A DNA stretch of 64,000 bases from an uncultured virus (IMG/VR IMGVR_UViG_3300035181_000912) (lineage: Duplodnaviria > Heunggongvirae > Uroviricota > Caudoviricetes), in the IMG/VR virus record IMGVR_UViG_3300035181_000912. One strand, written 5' to 3'. Below, one piece after another: positions 38,347 through 47,768 of this stretch (position 1 is the stretch's first letter; the number at the start of each line of letters is the position of its first letter). The position numbers and the translations under genes were made by a program. The notes under the pieces were generated by a model. The model ran no database searches. It was not told the origin of the DNA and saw only the letters and a program-made list of their open reading frames with translations.

Positions 38347-38378
38347 TCGAGGACGGAACATCAACGGGACCTACAGAA

Positions 38379-38648
38379 ATGTCTAACACCTCCAAACTAC
38401 TTGCTACCCGCGCGACCGATGCGCAACGCGCCACGGTCGCCCGCATGAAATCCGCGCCCGCCGCGTCGTGGGTTGTCACGAAGATCCTCGGCGGTAGCCT
38501 GCTCGGCGCGCCGCTCGACGGCGTGGCTGTCCAAATCGAAGCGCCCAAATTGGGCATCTGGGGCGTCATACTGCCCAATGGTGACTTCATGAAGCCCAAA
38601 CCCGGGCGCAAGACCATCGACGCTTTGGACATCGCCTTCAAACTCTGA
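38379..38648 (+). CDS. hypothetical protein
   Basis: ATG 38379 follows a CAACGGGA leader and the promoter. Confidence 0.65.
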   Translation: MSNTSKLLATRATDAQRATVARMKSAPAASWVVTKILGGSLLGAPLDGVAVQIEAPKLGIWGVILPNGDFMKPKPGRKTIDALDIAFKL

Positions 38649-38676
38649 TCCTGAACCCCAACCAACGGAGAATACC

Positions 38677-39330
38677 GTGACCCAGTTCATCGCTCACGCC
38701 ACCGCACCTCGCACCTTCGCTGACAAGAAAGGCGCTACCAAAGCCATTAAGCGCGACCTCAACGCGCACTTCGAGAAGCACGGGGACGTGCTGTTCAATA
38801 CCGGCTTCGAAGTCAAGCCGACCGACGGTGATCGCTTCGGCGTCGTCCTGTTCCTCGACTTGACGCCCACCAACGCGCAGAAGCTGGTCGGCAAGGAGCT
38901 CGAGGGCTATGTGATCGAACCCGCGCTGAAGGAAGATCCCGCCAAGATCGAGCCGGCCGCGCCCGTCGAAGCCAAGCCCGAGCCGAAAGCCAAGTCCTCG
39001 AAAGAACCCGCCAAGGGCTCGCGTCGCAAGGGCCAGATCACGGTCGAGCCGAGCGTGCCGTTGCTAGCGTGCCGCGCTGGCTCGAAGCAGCAAGCTATCA
39101 TCGAAACCCTCGCCCGCGAAGGCGGCGCGACGCTCGAAGACCTGCGCAAGGTCTGCTTGAAAAGCGATGGCACGCCGTGGGACGACAACTCGATCCGCTC
39201 GGCGATGTACTTCGACCTCGAGTTGAAGGGCTACGGCACAACTACCCGGTTCGAGAACGACGTGGCGATCTACACGCTCGTCCTGCCCGAGGGCTACACG
39301 ACCTTCCTGCCGCCGAAGGTCAAGTCCTGA
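38677..39330 (+). CDS. two-domain protein with C-terminal winged-HTH (DUF3489-like)
   Basis: Pro/Lys/Ala linker followed by RAGSKQQAIIETLAREGGATLEDL...W...SIRSAM. Confidence 0.65.
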   Translation: MTQFIAHATAPRTFADKKGATKAIKRDLNAHFEKHGDVLFNTGFEVKPTDGDRFGVVLFLDLTPTNAQKLVGKELEGYVIEPALKEDPAKIEPAAPVEAKPEPKAKSSKEPAKGSRRKGQITVEPSVPLLACRAGSKQQAIIETLAREGGATLEDLRKVCLKSDGTPWDDNSIRSAMYFDLELKGYGTTTRFENDVAIYTLVLPEGYTTFLPPKVKS

Positions 39331-39375
39331 GATCACGGTTGCGGACCGCGCGTCGCACCGCATATCGTGAGCGAG

Positions 39376-39410
39376 TTGGCCGGCCTACGGGCCGGTTAAT
39401 TCATTTATAG
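39376..39410 (+). terminator. hairpin with downstream AT-rich tract
   Basis: TTGGCCGGCC-tacg-GGCCGGTTAA-ttcattt. Confidence 0.5.
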
Positions 39411-39471
39411 GCCTGTGCGTTTAAACGAGCAGGCTCCTGTGATGGACAAACCAGGAAAGGAAAACCATCCC

Positions 39472-40308
39472 ATGACTTCGAAAGCACTTGTGGTGCTGTC
39501 CGGTGGACAGGACTCAACTCTTTGCCTCCATTGGGCCCTTCAGCAGGGGTTCGACGAGGTGGCCGCTGTTGCGTTCAACTATGGTCAGAAGCACAGCATC
39601 GAACTGGACATGGCCATCGTCCAGTGCGAAGCAACTGGTGTCGAACTCGAGATCGTCGAACTGGGCCGCATCCTCAAAGGGACGTCGCCGCTGGTCAACC
39701 CCGACGCGGAGCTTGAGCAGTATGTGGACGGCAACCTGCCTGGGGGCCTCGAGAAGACCTTTGTGCCGATGCGCAATCAGCTGTTCTTGACCCTCGCCGC
39801 CAACCGCGCCTATGTGATCGGCGCCACCAACCTGATCACCGGCGTCTGCCAAGCCGACTCGGGTGGGTATCCCGACTGCCGCCAGACGTTCATTGACGCC
39901 CTGGAAGCTTCGATCAACCTCGGGACGTTCACCGGCGAGCCGGGCACCATCTCGCCGTTGAAGATCCACACCCCGCTCATGTTCCTGACCAAGGCTGAGT
40001 CGATTGCCATGGCCATGAAGATCCCAGGCGCTTACGCGGCGTGGGCTTTCAGCCATACCGCCTACGACGGCGCCTATCCGCCTGTTGGGCATGATCACGC
40101 CACCATGCTGCGCGCCCAGGGCTTCGAGGAAGCAGGCGTCCCGGATCCCCTGATCCTGCGCGCGGCTTGCGAGGCGCTCATGGACCTGCCCGAGACCGCC
40201 AACTACGACGTCGCGCGCGACGTGACGGCTGAAGGCCCGAAGGGCCCGAAGAACTGGACCGCCACCGAGTTCGTCCAGCACGTTGCTGACGCAATCGGTG
40301 CAGTATGA
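39472..40308 (+). CDS. queC: 7-cyano-7-deazaguanine synthase
   Basis: Motifs LSGGQDS, YGQKH, TFVPMRN, YPDCR and TPLMFLTKAE. Confidence 0.93.
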   Translation: MTSKALVVLSGGQDSTLCLHWALQQGFDEVAAVAFNYGQKHSIELDMAIVQCEATGVELEIVELGRILKGTSPLVNPDAELEQYVDGNLPGGLEKTFVPMRNQLFLTLAANRAYVIGATNLITGVCQADSGGYPDCRQTFIDALEASINLGTFTGEPGTISPLKIHTPLMFLTKAESIAMAMKIPGAYAAWAFSHTAYDGAYPPVGHDHATMLRAQGFEEAGVPDPLILRAACEALMDLPETANYDVARDVTAEGPKGPKNWTATEFVQHVADAIGAV

Positions 40309-40877
40309 CTGATCCGCGCTCAAGTGAAGAGCTGATCCGTGAAGTCCTCGCGCGCATCGAACCCGGTGCGCGCGAGGGCCTCAACGAGACGCCCAAGCGC
40401 GTGGTCAAGGCGTGGGACACCTGGTTCGGTGGCTATGGCATCGCCCCGACTGAGATCCTGAAAGTATTCGAAGACGGCGCCGAAGGCGTGGACGAGATGG
40501 TCATCGAAGTGGATATCCCCTTCTATACCCATTGCGAGCACCATATGGCGCCCTTCTTTGGGCTGGCCTCGGTCGCCTATATCCCGGATGGCAAGGTACT
40601 CGGACTGTCGAAGATGAACCGTCTGGTCGACATCTTCGCGCGTCGCCTTCAGGTGCAGGAACGCCTGACGAACCAGATTGCCGACGCACTCGAGACCCAC
40701 CTAAAGCCCAAGGGAGTGGGCGTGCTCCTGCGTGCCCGGCATATGTGCGTTGAGTCCCGCGGCGTGCAGCATCGTGGTTGCTCGACGACCACCAGCGCCC
40801 TTCGTGGCGCGATCAAGAAAGAACCAGACGCGCGGATGGAATTCCTGACGCTCGCCAAAACCAACACCCCGATCTAG
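40305..40877 (+). CDS. folE: GTP cyclohydrolase I
   Basis: Motifs ETPKRV, CEHH, GLSK, RRLQVQERLT and HMCVESRG. Confidence 0.95.
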   Translation: MTDPRSSEELIREVLARIEPGAREGLNETPKRVVKAWDTWFGGYGIAPTEILKVFEDGAEGVDEMVIEVDIPFYTHCEHHMAPFFGLASVAYIPDGKVLGLSKMNRLVDIFARRLQVQERLTNQIADALETHLKPKGVGVLLRARHMCVESRGVQHRGCSTTTSALRGAIKKEPDARMEFLTLAKTNTPI

Positions 40878-40886
40878 GAGGACCTG

Positions 40887-41378
40887 ATGGCTTTCAAGCC
40901 CCTTTCCAACCCCGACGACCTGGCGAAGCTGGGCTCTGGCAAAAGCGACTTCGATGGCATTGCCGAACCCGCGGACAAGCGACTGCTCGAAGCGTTCCCG
41001 AACCCGATGGCACTCGTCGCCGGCCATGGCTGCGTCCAGCTCGGTGGATACGACGACCCGAAGGAGTTCACCAGCCTGTGCCCCAAGACCGGCCAGCCTG
41101 ACTTCGCTCGGATCATCGTCGAGTACGTCCCGGATAAGCTCTGCGTCGAGTCGAAGTCGTGGAAGCTCTACCTCGGGTCGTTCCGAGACGCGCGCGAGTT
41201 CCACGAGGCCTGCGTGGCGCGCATCTGCCGCGACCTGGTCGAGCTGCTCAACCCGCACTGGATCCAGGTCTCGGGCGAGTTTACGCCGCGCGGTGGGATC
41301 TCGATCAACCCGACCATAACTTACGACCGCCAGTTCGAGCAAGAACGCGCTTCTGCGCGGATGCCCGAACTGCACTGA
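40887..41378 (+). CDS. queF: preQ0 reductase (unimodular)
   Basis: [15 protein letters not shown], QueF motif [11 protein letters not shown] and PRGGI. Confidence 0.93.
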   Translation: MAFKPLSNPDDLAKLGSGKSDFDGIAEPADKRLLEAFPNPMALVAGHGCVQLGGYDDPKEFTSLCPKTGQPDFARIIVEYVPDKLCVESKSWKLYLGSFRDAREFHEACVARICRDLVELLNPHWIQVSGEFTPRGGISINPTITYDRQFEQERASARMPELH

Positions 41379-41459
41379 ACAAGAACGGCGCCTGCTTTCA
41401 CCCTTGAGGGCAGGCGCCTTCTGCGCTATCGTTCACCGACACTAGCAACGGAGCCTTGT

Positions 41460-41651
41460 ATGATCCCGCCACTTACCGAAGCACAAGACGCGCTGCTGTC
41501 TGCCCTGCTCATGTCGAATACCGACAACCGCGCGCTGCAGATCATCGAAGCAGCTTTCGCCATTCGTAATTCGTGGTCGCCGAGGAGCGTCGGCTCTTTG
41601 AAAGATGCTCGTCACCAGCTATTCGCGGTCATTGACGAGGTGGCCGGCTGA
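41460..41651 (+). CDS. hypothetical protein
   Basis: CAACGGAG leader, coupled to the next gene. Confidence 0.55.
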   Translation: MIPPLTEAQDALLSALLMSNTDNRALQIIEAAFAIRNSWSPRSVGSLKDARHQLFAVIDEVAG

Positions 41652-41920
41652 TGGCTGAACGCGACTCAATCGTCACCAGCTACTTCTCCACGCTTACGAG
41701 CCAGACCTTCACTTGGAAGGGCAAGGAATACCACCCGCGGGTGGTGTGGGTTAACCTCGGCATCATCCGCGGGTTCACCCAGAAGCTCTTCGGGCGTGGG
41801 TGGATCATGATGCGAGTCGACGGCGAGATCCGCGTGCTGTGCGAGATCAAGCGCCGCCTTCCCGGGATTCAAGCATCGGGCGTCGGCTTCACAATCAGGG
41901 ACAACCCTCTCCACGTTTAA
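41651..41920 (+). CDS. hypothetical protein, possibly an internally deleted remnant
   Basis: 89 aa ORF between queF and the dpdA-like gene. Confidence 0.5.
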   Translation: MAERDSIVTSYFSTLTSQTFTWKGKEYHPRVVWVNLGIIRGFTQKLFGRGWIMMRVDGEIRVLCEIKRRLPGIQASGVGFTIRDNPLHV

Positions 41921-41930
41921 GGACTAACGG

Positions 41931-43286
41931 ATGCACCTCTATATGTCTGGCACCCCTAGGAATGACCCCTATCAGTCGGTCGAGAATCGGATGAATACTC
42001 ACCGCCTGTTCTCGATGCACGGCGAGTATGAGAAGTCGGTCATGCGCTGGGTCAAGGATCTTCGCGACGGTATCATGGATGCAAACCAATACCTGCGCGC
42101 CTACCCGCAGCACATTAACCTGATCAAGAACCGCGACGCGCGCAGGCGTGAACAGCAACGCGACTACGGGCGCACCTTCGACTGGGACACAGCGGAAGTC
42201 CTTGAGACGGTGTGTCAGCGTTTAAACGGGCGCCCCTATCCGAAGGCTATCCTGCTCGACTCGGGCGCGTTCACCGCCTGGAACAAGGGTGAGGAGACAA
42301 CCGTTGACGATGTGAAGCGGAAGTACTCCTCGTTCATTGAGGCCGCGGGTGGCTTGTTCGACGAGATCTGGGGCATCAACCTCGACGTGATCCCAGGCGC
42401 GAAAGGCCGCGACCCGACGCCTGACGAACTGAAGCGCGCGGTCGAGGTTTCGGACGTCAACTTCGAGATCCTGGTCAAGGAGTTCGGCAACATCATCCTG
42501 CCCGTCTATCACCAGGGCGAACCGGTCGAGCGGCTCGCAGAGTGCGCGCAGCAGGTAGATGGCAAGTCGAACTATATCTGCGTGTCACCGCGGAACGACC
42601 TCGCAGAGGGCTACCGCGTCTCTTGGTCGCGCGACGCTCATGCTGAACTCAAGCGTAGCTGGCCTGAGATCAAGACCCACGGCCTCGCGACGACGGGAAA
42701 CAAGATGGTCAGGACCGTACCGTGGTTCTCGGGCGACTCCGCCGCTTGGGTGCAGCATGGCGGCTACGGTATGATAGACATCTTCCACGACGAGGACCAC
42801 TCGTTCGGCCGGAAGAAGGACCCGCACTACATGAACTACTTCGTCTCCTTCGAGAACGTCGGTTACAACCTGGACGCGCAGATCAAGACGAAAGACGGCC
42901 GCATTATCAGGATGCTCGACTTCGGCTTTGTGCCGGATGAGAAGCATACTGATGGTCCTTTGAAGGGGCAAGTCAAGGTCTATGGAACACCTCGACGGGT
43001 CATAGCAGATGCCTTGACGGCCGCAGGTGTTTCTGAGGACAACTTCCCCTACCACCAAGAGTCTGGCCATATGCACGACGCGGGCAAGTCCTACTTCAGT
43101 CTGATGCCGAAGCACCGCGACTACATCAGGGGGCGCGTCGAGGCGCTCGGGTTCCCATTCGAAGTGTGCATCTGGGACTCGCGCGTTCGAAACCTGATCT
43201 GCATGGCCGAGTTCGTCACGTTCTCGGAATGGGCCAAGACGTCAGTGAAGGACCCATGTCAGACCTATCTGCTTGATGACCTCTGA
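41931..43286 (+). CDS. TGT-superfamily (DpdA-like) DNA deazaguanine transglycosylase
   Basis: Motifs LLDSGAFTAW, NLDVIP, PVYHQGE, THGLA and GDSAAW, within the que cluster. Confidence 0.75.
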   Translation: MHLYMSGTPRNDPYQSVENRMNTHRLFSMHGEYEKSVMRWVKDLRDGIMDANQYLRAYPQHINLIKNRDARRREQQRDYGRTFDWDTAEVLETVCQRLNGRPYPKAILLDSGAFTAWNKGEETTVDDVKRKYSSFIEAAGGLFDEIWGINLDVIPGAKGRDPTPDELKRAVEVSDVNFEILVKEFGNIILPVYHQGEPVERLAECAQQVDGKSNYICVSPRNDLAEGYRVSWSRDAHAELKRSWPEIKTHGLATTGNKMVRTVPWFSGDSAAWVQHGGYGMIDIFHDEDHSFGRKKDPHYMNYFVSFENVGYNLDAQIKTKDGRIIRMLDFGFVPDEKHTDGPLKGQVKVYGTPRRVIADALTAAGVSEDNFPYHQESGHMHDAGKSYFSLMPKHRDYIRGRVEALGFPFEVCIWDSRVRNLICMAEFVTFSEWAKTSVKDPCQTYLLDDL

Positions 43287-44497
43287 TGCAGTGGTCATCA
43301 GATCAAGAGCAAGCCTTGCGGGAGATTTCCGCATGGCTCAAGCGTAAGGATGGCACGCGGTTCAGCCTCGGCGGTTACGCGGGCACGGGCAAGACGACAC
43401 TCGCCAAGCACATCGCAGCCAGCCACGGCGGCGAGGTGCGCTTCGCGGCCTTCACGGGCAAGGCGGCATCGGTCCTTCGTCAGAAGGGCTGCCCAGGCGC
43501 GACGACGATCCACAAGCTGATCTACCAGCCCAAGGGCTCGATTGGTGAAACTGAGATCCAGGAACTTCAGAACCTGATTCAGGGGGAGTCTCTCAAACAA
43601 GAGCCCGACGAGATGAACCTACACACTTGGCGAAAGGAGCTCGAGCGGAAGACTGCTAACGCGTCGGCGGTTTTCGAACGCAAGCAGGAATCTGAAATCC
43701 ACGAAGCAGACCTCGTGATCGTCGACGAGTCGTCCATGGTCGACCATCGCATGGGAACCGACCTCGAGTCATTCGGCATCCCGATCCTCTACCTCGGAGA
43801 TCCTGGGCAGCTGCCGCCTGTCAAAGGCAAGCCGCACCTAGGCCCGAACGACTACGACTTCGTCCTCGAGAATATCCACAGGCAGTCCGCAGACAGCCCC
43901 ATCATCTGGCTCGCCAACGAGGTGCGGCACGGCAGGCAACTTGAGTTCGGCTCGTTCGGTGAAGGCCTGGTCAACGTCCTGCGGAAGAACGCGTGGGACA
44001 TGGAGCTGGTGACACAGGCCGACCAAGTCATCACCGGGATGAACACTTCGCGCTACCGCATCACCAAAGCCATGCGGAAGTTCATCGGGTTCGAACAGGA
44101 GTTTCCGCTCGCCAATGACAAATTAATCTGCCGCAAGAACGATCACGAGAAAGGCCTCCTGAACGGAGTGACCTGTCGCGCAATCAACGAGGGCAAGAGG
44201 CGAGGCAACATCATCTACCTGGACGTCGACTACGACGGTCGCGACATGATGGGCAACGTCTGCGACCCAGGCTACTTCCAGGAGCACTATGGCGACCGCA
44301 CCCACTTTCCGAAGGGTGATGGCATCGCGCACTTCGATTATGGCTATGCCATCACCGGGCACAAGAGCCAGGGTTCGCAGTGGAACCACGTCGTCGTGGC
44401 GGACGACCTGATGCGCTCGGATGATCGCTCGCAGCGCCAGAAATGGCTTTACACCGTCATAACCCGAGCCGAGGAACGGCTGACCTATTACGTCTGA
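43286..44497 (+). CDS. RecD/Dda-like SF1B helicase
   Basis: Motifs GYAGTGKT, AFTGKAA, DESSM, GDPGQLPPV and AITGHKSQGS. Confidence 0.92.
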   Translation: MQWSSDQEQALREISAWLKRKDGTRFSLGGYAGTGKTTLAKHIAASHGGEVRFAAFTGKAASVLRQKGCPGATTIHKLIYQPKGSIGETEIQELQNLIQGESLKQEPDEMNLHTWRKELERKTANASAVFERKQESEIHEADLVIVDESSMVDHRMGTDLESFGIPILYLGDPGQLPPVKGKPHLGPNDYDFVLENIHRQSADSPIIWLANEVRHGRQLEFGSFGEGLVNVLRKNAWDMELVTQADQVITGMNTSRYRITKAMRKFIGFEQEFPLANDKLICRKNDHEKGLLNGVTCRAINEGKRRGNIIYLDVDYDGRDMMGNVCDPGYFQEHYGDRTHFPKGDGIAHFDYGYAITGHKSQGSQWNHVVVADDLMRSDDRSQRQKWLYTVITRAEERLTYYV

Positions 44498-44508
44498 AAG
44501 GACCCAAT

Positions 44509-44937
44509 ATGAGTGACCACCAGGACTTCCTTGCGCGTCAGTGTGCTTTCGGGCGTGCCACGTTCGGGCCGGGCGAACGCCGCTTGGGCATTCTCGATCA
44601 CATCCAGAAGGAGATCGAGGAAGTCAAGAACGCCGACGGCAACGAGGCCCGCGCCCTTGAATGGGTTGATCTCGTGATCCTGTCTCAGGATGGACTGCTG
44701 CGTGCGGTGCGCGAGATGCTGCGCGAGGTGATGGCGCATATCGCTGATCAGCCGATGATCCTGCGGGACGGGGTTGTGGTCGGGCGCCTGGGCGAACCTA
44801 CCAACGACTACGTTGCCGAGATCGCCCTCGTGCTGCTGACTGGCAAGCGAGACAAGAACGAGCTGCGCAACTGGCCGAACTGGCGCGACGCTTCCGAGGA
44901 CGAAGCGACCCTGCATGAGAGGGGCACCCATGACTGA
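44509..44937 (+). CDS. DUF550/MazZ-like purine dNTP pyrophosphohydrolase
   Basis: TFGPG....GILDHIQKEIEEV, EWVDLVIL..DG and KN..R.WP.WR pattern. Confidence 0.8.
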   Translation: MSDHQDFLARQCAFGRATFGPGERRLGILDHIQKEIEEVKNADGNEARALEWVDLVILSQDGLLRAVREMLREVMAHIADQPMILRDGVVVGRLGEPTNDYVAEIALVLLTGKRDKNELRNWPNWRDASEDEATLHERGTHD

Positions 44938-45586
44938 CATCCGAACTTTGATTTTCGACACGGAAACCAATGGCAAGCGGGCGAAGGAAAAGAACCCGCC
45001 GTTGGGGTCGGAGCCCGCGATCACTCAGATCGCCGCAATCCTGTTCTGGGGGCGGCGTCCTGTCGCGCACCTGTCCTGCTTCGTGCGCCCGCTGAACTTC
45101 GACGGGACCCCCGCAGTCATCCCGATCGAGCAGTTCTTCATTGACGCCGGGATAACTCAGGATACCGTTGACGCAGTCGGTCGCCCGCTCAAGACGGGAC
45201 TGGCTGAGTTCAACCAGATGGTCAAGTCGGCGGATCGCGTCGTCGCTCACAATATCCAGTTCGATGATCCGATCACTCGGTCGAACTACTGCCGCGTCAC
45301 CGCACCGCAGCGGGACTACTGGGATACACCCAAGTTCTGCACTATGAAGACGCTGGAGCCTGTGCTAAAACTGCCGGGCAAGTACGGCTTCAAGTACCCA
45401 ACGCTCGACGAGTCCTACCGGGCTTTGGTCGATCCCATGGGTTTCTCAGGCGCCCACGATGCAATGGTCGACGTCCAAGCGTGTGCGAGTGTGCTCTGGG
45501 CAATCGAAGACAAGATCGCGGAAGGTGACCCGCGGTTCAACGGACACAAGCTCTGGCAGTTGCCAGAGAGCTGGCCCAAGGAGTAA
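44930..45586 (+). CDS. DEDDh 3'-5' exonuclease (DnaQ-like)
   Basis: FDTETNG, AHNIQFD and AHDAMVDV motifs. Confidence 0.9.
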   Translation: MTDIRTLIFDTETNGKRAKEKNPPLGSEPAITQIAAILFWGRRPVAHLSCFVRPLNFDGTPAVIPIEQFFIDAGITQDTVDAVGRPLKTGLAEFNQMVKSADRVVAHNIQFDDPITRSNYCRVTAPQRDYWDTPKFCTMKTLEPVLKLPGKYGFKYPTLDESYRALVDPMGFSGAHDAMVDVQACASVLWAIEDKIAEGDPRFNGHKLWQLPESWPKE

Positions 45587-45590
45587 CGGA

Positions 45591-46556
45591 ATGAAGGAAG
45601 TCTTCGCCAACGTCAGTCCCGCAACAGACCCACAGGGCGTCCTGTCGGATGAAGCGTCGGTCGGCGTGATCAACAAGCGGATGGAGGCTTACAACAAGCA
45701 CCTGTCCGTCTCGCAGCCCTGCGACCTGCCCAACTTCAACGTGCCGGTTTCCGACTTCGCGTTCGCTATGCGCAAGGTCGAGAACCCCAAGCTGAAGGTG
45801 ACCGACGCGAACGTGACGCTGACTGGTGGCGGGACGACGCGCGTCCGTCGCCTCGGTGATCGGACGGCCTTGAAGAAGCCGGACATCAAGACCAGCCCCA
45901 TTGCGGATATCGACGACCTGCTGAACGCAATCGACGACGTCTTCCCGTTCACCGAGGGAGACCCCGCGCGTCCGTGGTCGGAAGGCGCGCGCTTCGACGG
46001 CAACCTGATCACGGCAACCAATAGCGTCATGCTGTGCCAAGCAGAGCTCGTCAGCTCTTCGGGGTTCAACGGTGTGACGATGTCTCGTGTAGCTCTCGCC
46101 TACATCCGCCAGCGCCGCGCGGATCTGAAGGCGTGGGGCGCGTCGGAACGTGGCATCCTGCTCGAGTTTGCAGACGACGGGTGGGCTCTTGCCACGCGCA
46201 TGGCCATGGAGATGCCTGACTCGGCGCTCAACATCATCAAGATGGTCAACGACTGGGAGGACTTCCAGGTCGTTGATGACTCCTACCGAGGCTCCTTCAT
46301 GCGGGCAGCCGACTGGGCTTCTGAATTGCTGTCCGTCTTTCCTGATCGACTGCTTGCAGGGCGCCTGTCATCCGAGCATGATGAACCAGTGGATACCAAT
46401 CTCGGTGATCACCCGGGTCCTGCACTGTTCGCATCGAAGTCCCTAGTGACCGTCGTATCGACCGCGTCCCAGATCGCGTTCGACCGCTACCCCCACCCCG
46501 TGCCCTTCGTCACGAAGCGCGGATCCAAGGGCCTGATTGCAGGCCGGACATCCTGA
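45591..46556 (+). CDS. putative sliding clamp (beta-like) protein
   Basis: About 320 aa beta-rich repeats with ITATNSVML (clamp ATD/ATN-like). A clamp loader is encoded nearby. Confidence 0.55.
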   Translation: MKEVFANVSPATDPQGVLSDEASVGVINKRMEAYNKHLSVSQPCDLPNFNVPVSDFAFAMRKVENPKLKVTDANVTLTGGGTTRVRRLGDRTALKKPDIKTSPIADIDDLLNAIDDVFPFTEGDPARPWSEGARFDGNLITATNSVMLCQAELVSSSGFNGVTMSRVALAYIRQRRADLKAWGASERGILLEFADDGWALATRMAMEMPDSALNIIKMVNDWEDFQVVDDSYRGSFMRAADWASELLSVFPDRLLAGRLSSEHDEPVDTNLGDHPGPALFASKSLVTVVSTASQIAFDRYPHPVPFVTKRGSKGLIAGRTS

Positions 46557-46568
46557 AGGAGAAAACGG

Positions 46569-46949
46569 ATGAGCATCTTTGGTAACCTGTTCCGCGGCCT
46601 GATCGACTCGATTTTAGGCAAGGCTGAACCCGAAAGCATCTTCCCAGGCGTGATGGGCAAGATCCTTGCTCACGAAGGCATCTACGCCATCGGTCCGCAC
46701 AATCGCACAGGCACGCCCATGTCTGTCCTGAATGGCTGCAAGGAAGAGCTCGTCCTCATTCCTGGCGCGTCGGCGCTGGCTTTCACGAAGGAAGGGAAGC
46801 CTATCATGGCGAAAGCCAAGACCGGTCGCGCTTACCAGGTCACCGAGAATTACGCGGTGACGCGCAAGCAGTGGAAAGCCATGCAGAACGACCAGAAGCG
46901 CAAGGCCGCAGGCAAAGCCGTCGTCTTCGGTTTCCCGGAGTCCGCTTGA
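46569..46949 (+). CDS. hypothetical protein
   Basis: AAGGAG RBS, 126 aa. Confidence 0.7.
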   Translation: MSIFGNLFRGLIDSILGKAEPESIFPGVMGKILAHEGIYAIGPHNRTGTPMSVLNGCKEELVLIPGASALAFTKEGKPIMAKAKTGRAYQVTENYAVTRKQWKAMQNDQKRKAAGKAVVFGFPESA

Positions 46950-47768
46950 ATGTTCGGACACAACGAGATCGTGGGGGCGAGGTCTTTCCAGTCAGAGACT
47001 GAGCTCCTGGTCACCTCGTACTTCGTCACGATGCAGGGGGAGGGACCATACTCGGGCCTTCCCGCTGTCTTTGTGCGACTCGCGAAGTGCAACCTTGCCT
47101 GCTCCTTCTGCGATACCTACTTCGACTCTGGCGACTGGATGACGTTCAAGGAGCTGACTACGCGTTTAAACGACGCGGTGTGGGAACTCCCGCTGTCCAT
47201 GGACGAGTATGTCCTCGTGATCACGGGTGGTGAACCGATGCTGCAGAAGGCACTCGGTCACTGGCTCGAGACCCAGATGGGCGAGTGGCGGAACGTCCAG
47301 ATCGAGTCCAATGGGACCTTGGTTCAGGCGATCCCCGAAGGCGTCACCTTGGTCGTGTCACCAAAGTGTGCCGAGAGGAACGGGAAGGCGACGAAGTACC
47401 TGACCCCACGGGCCGAGATGCTCGACCGCGCGAACTGCCTCAAGTTCGTGATGGAAGCAGATCCCAACTCGCCCTACTCGACTGTGCCCGATTGGGCTCT
47501 GGACTGGAAGAAGGATACGGGTGGTGAGATCTACGTCTCGCCCATGAACGTCTATGCGCGGGAACCCGAGAAAGCCAAGACCTTGCGCTCGAAGAACGAG
47601 TCGACCATCGAGCAACGCTCGACGGTTGAGGAGGTCATCTCGTTCTGGGAACCCGGACTGCTGAACCTTGAGGCGAACCAGCGGAACCACGAGTATGCCG
47701 CCAAGTACTCGATTACCCGCGGCTTGCGTTTCCAGGTTCAGGCGCATCTGTTCGCGTCGGTGGCCTGA
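46950..47768 (+). CDS. queE: 7-carboxy-7-deazaguanine synthase (radical SAM)
   Basis: Motifs TMQGEGP, CNLACSFCDT, ITGGEP, IESNGT and VSPK. Confidence 0.93.
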   Translation: MFGHNEIVGARSFQSETELLVTSYFVTMQGEGPYSGLPAVFVRLAKCNLACSFCDTYFDSGDWMTFKELTTRLNDAVWELPLSMDEYVLVITGGEPMLQKALGHWLETQMGEWRNVQIESNGTLVQAIPEGVTLVVSPKCAERNGKATKYLTPRAEMLDRANCLKFVMEADPNSPYSTVPDWALDWKKDTGGEIYVSPMNVYAREPEKAKTLRSKNESTIEQRSTVEEVISFWEPGLLNLEANQRNHEYAAKYSITRGLRFQVQAHLFASVA

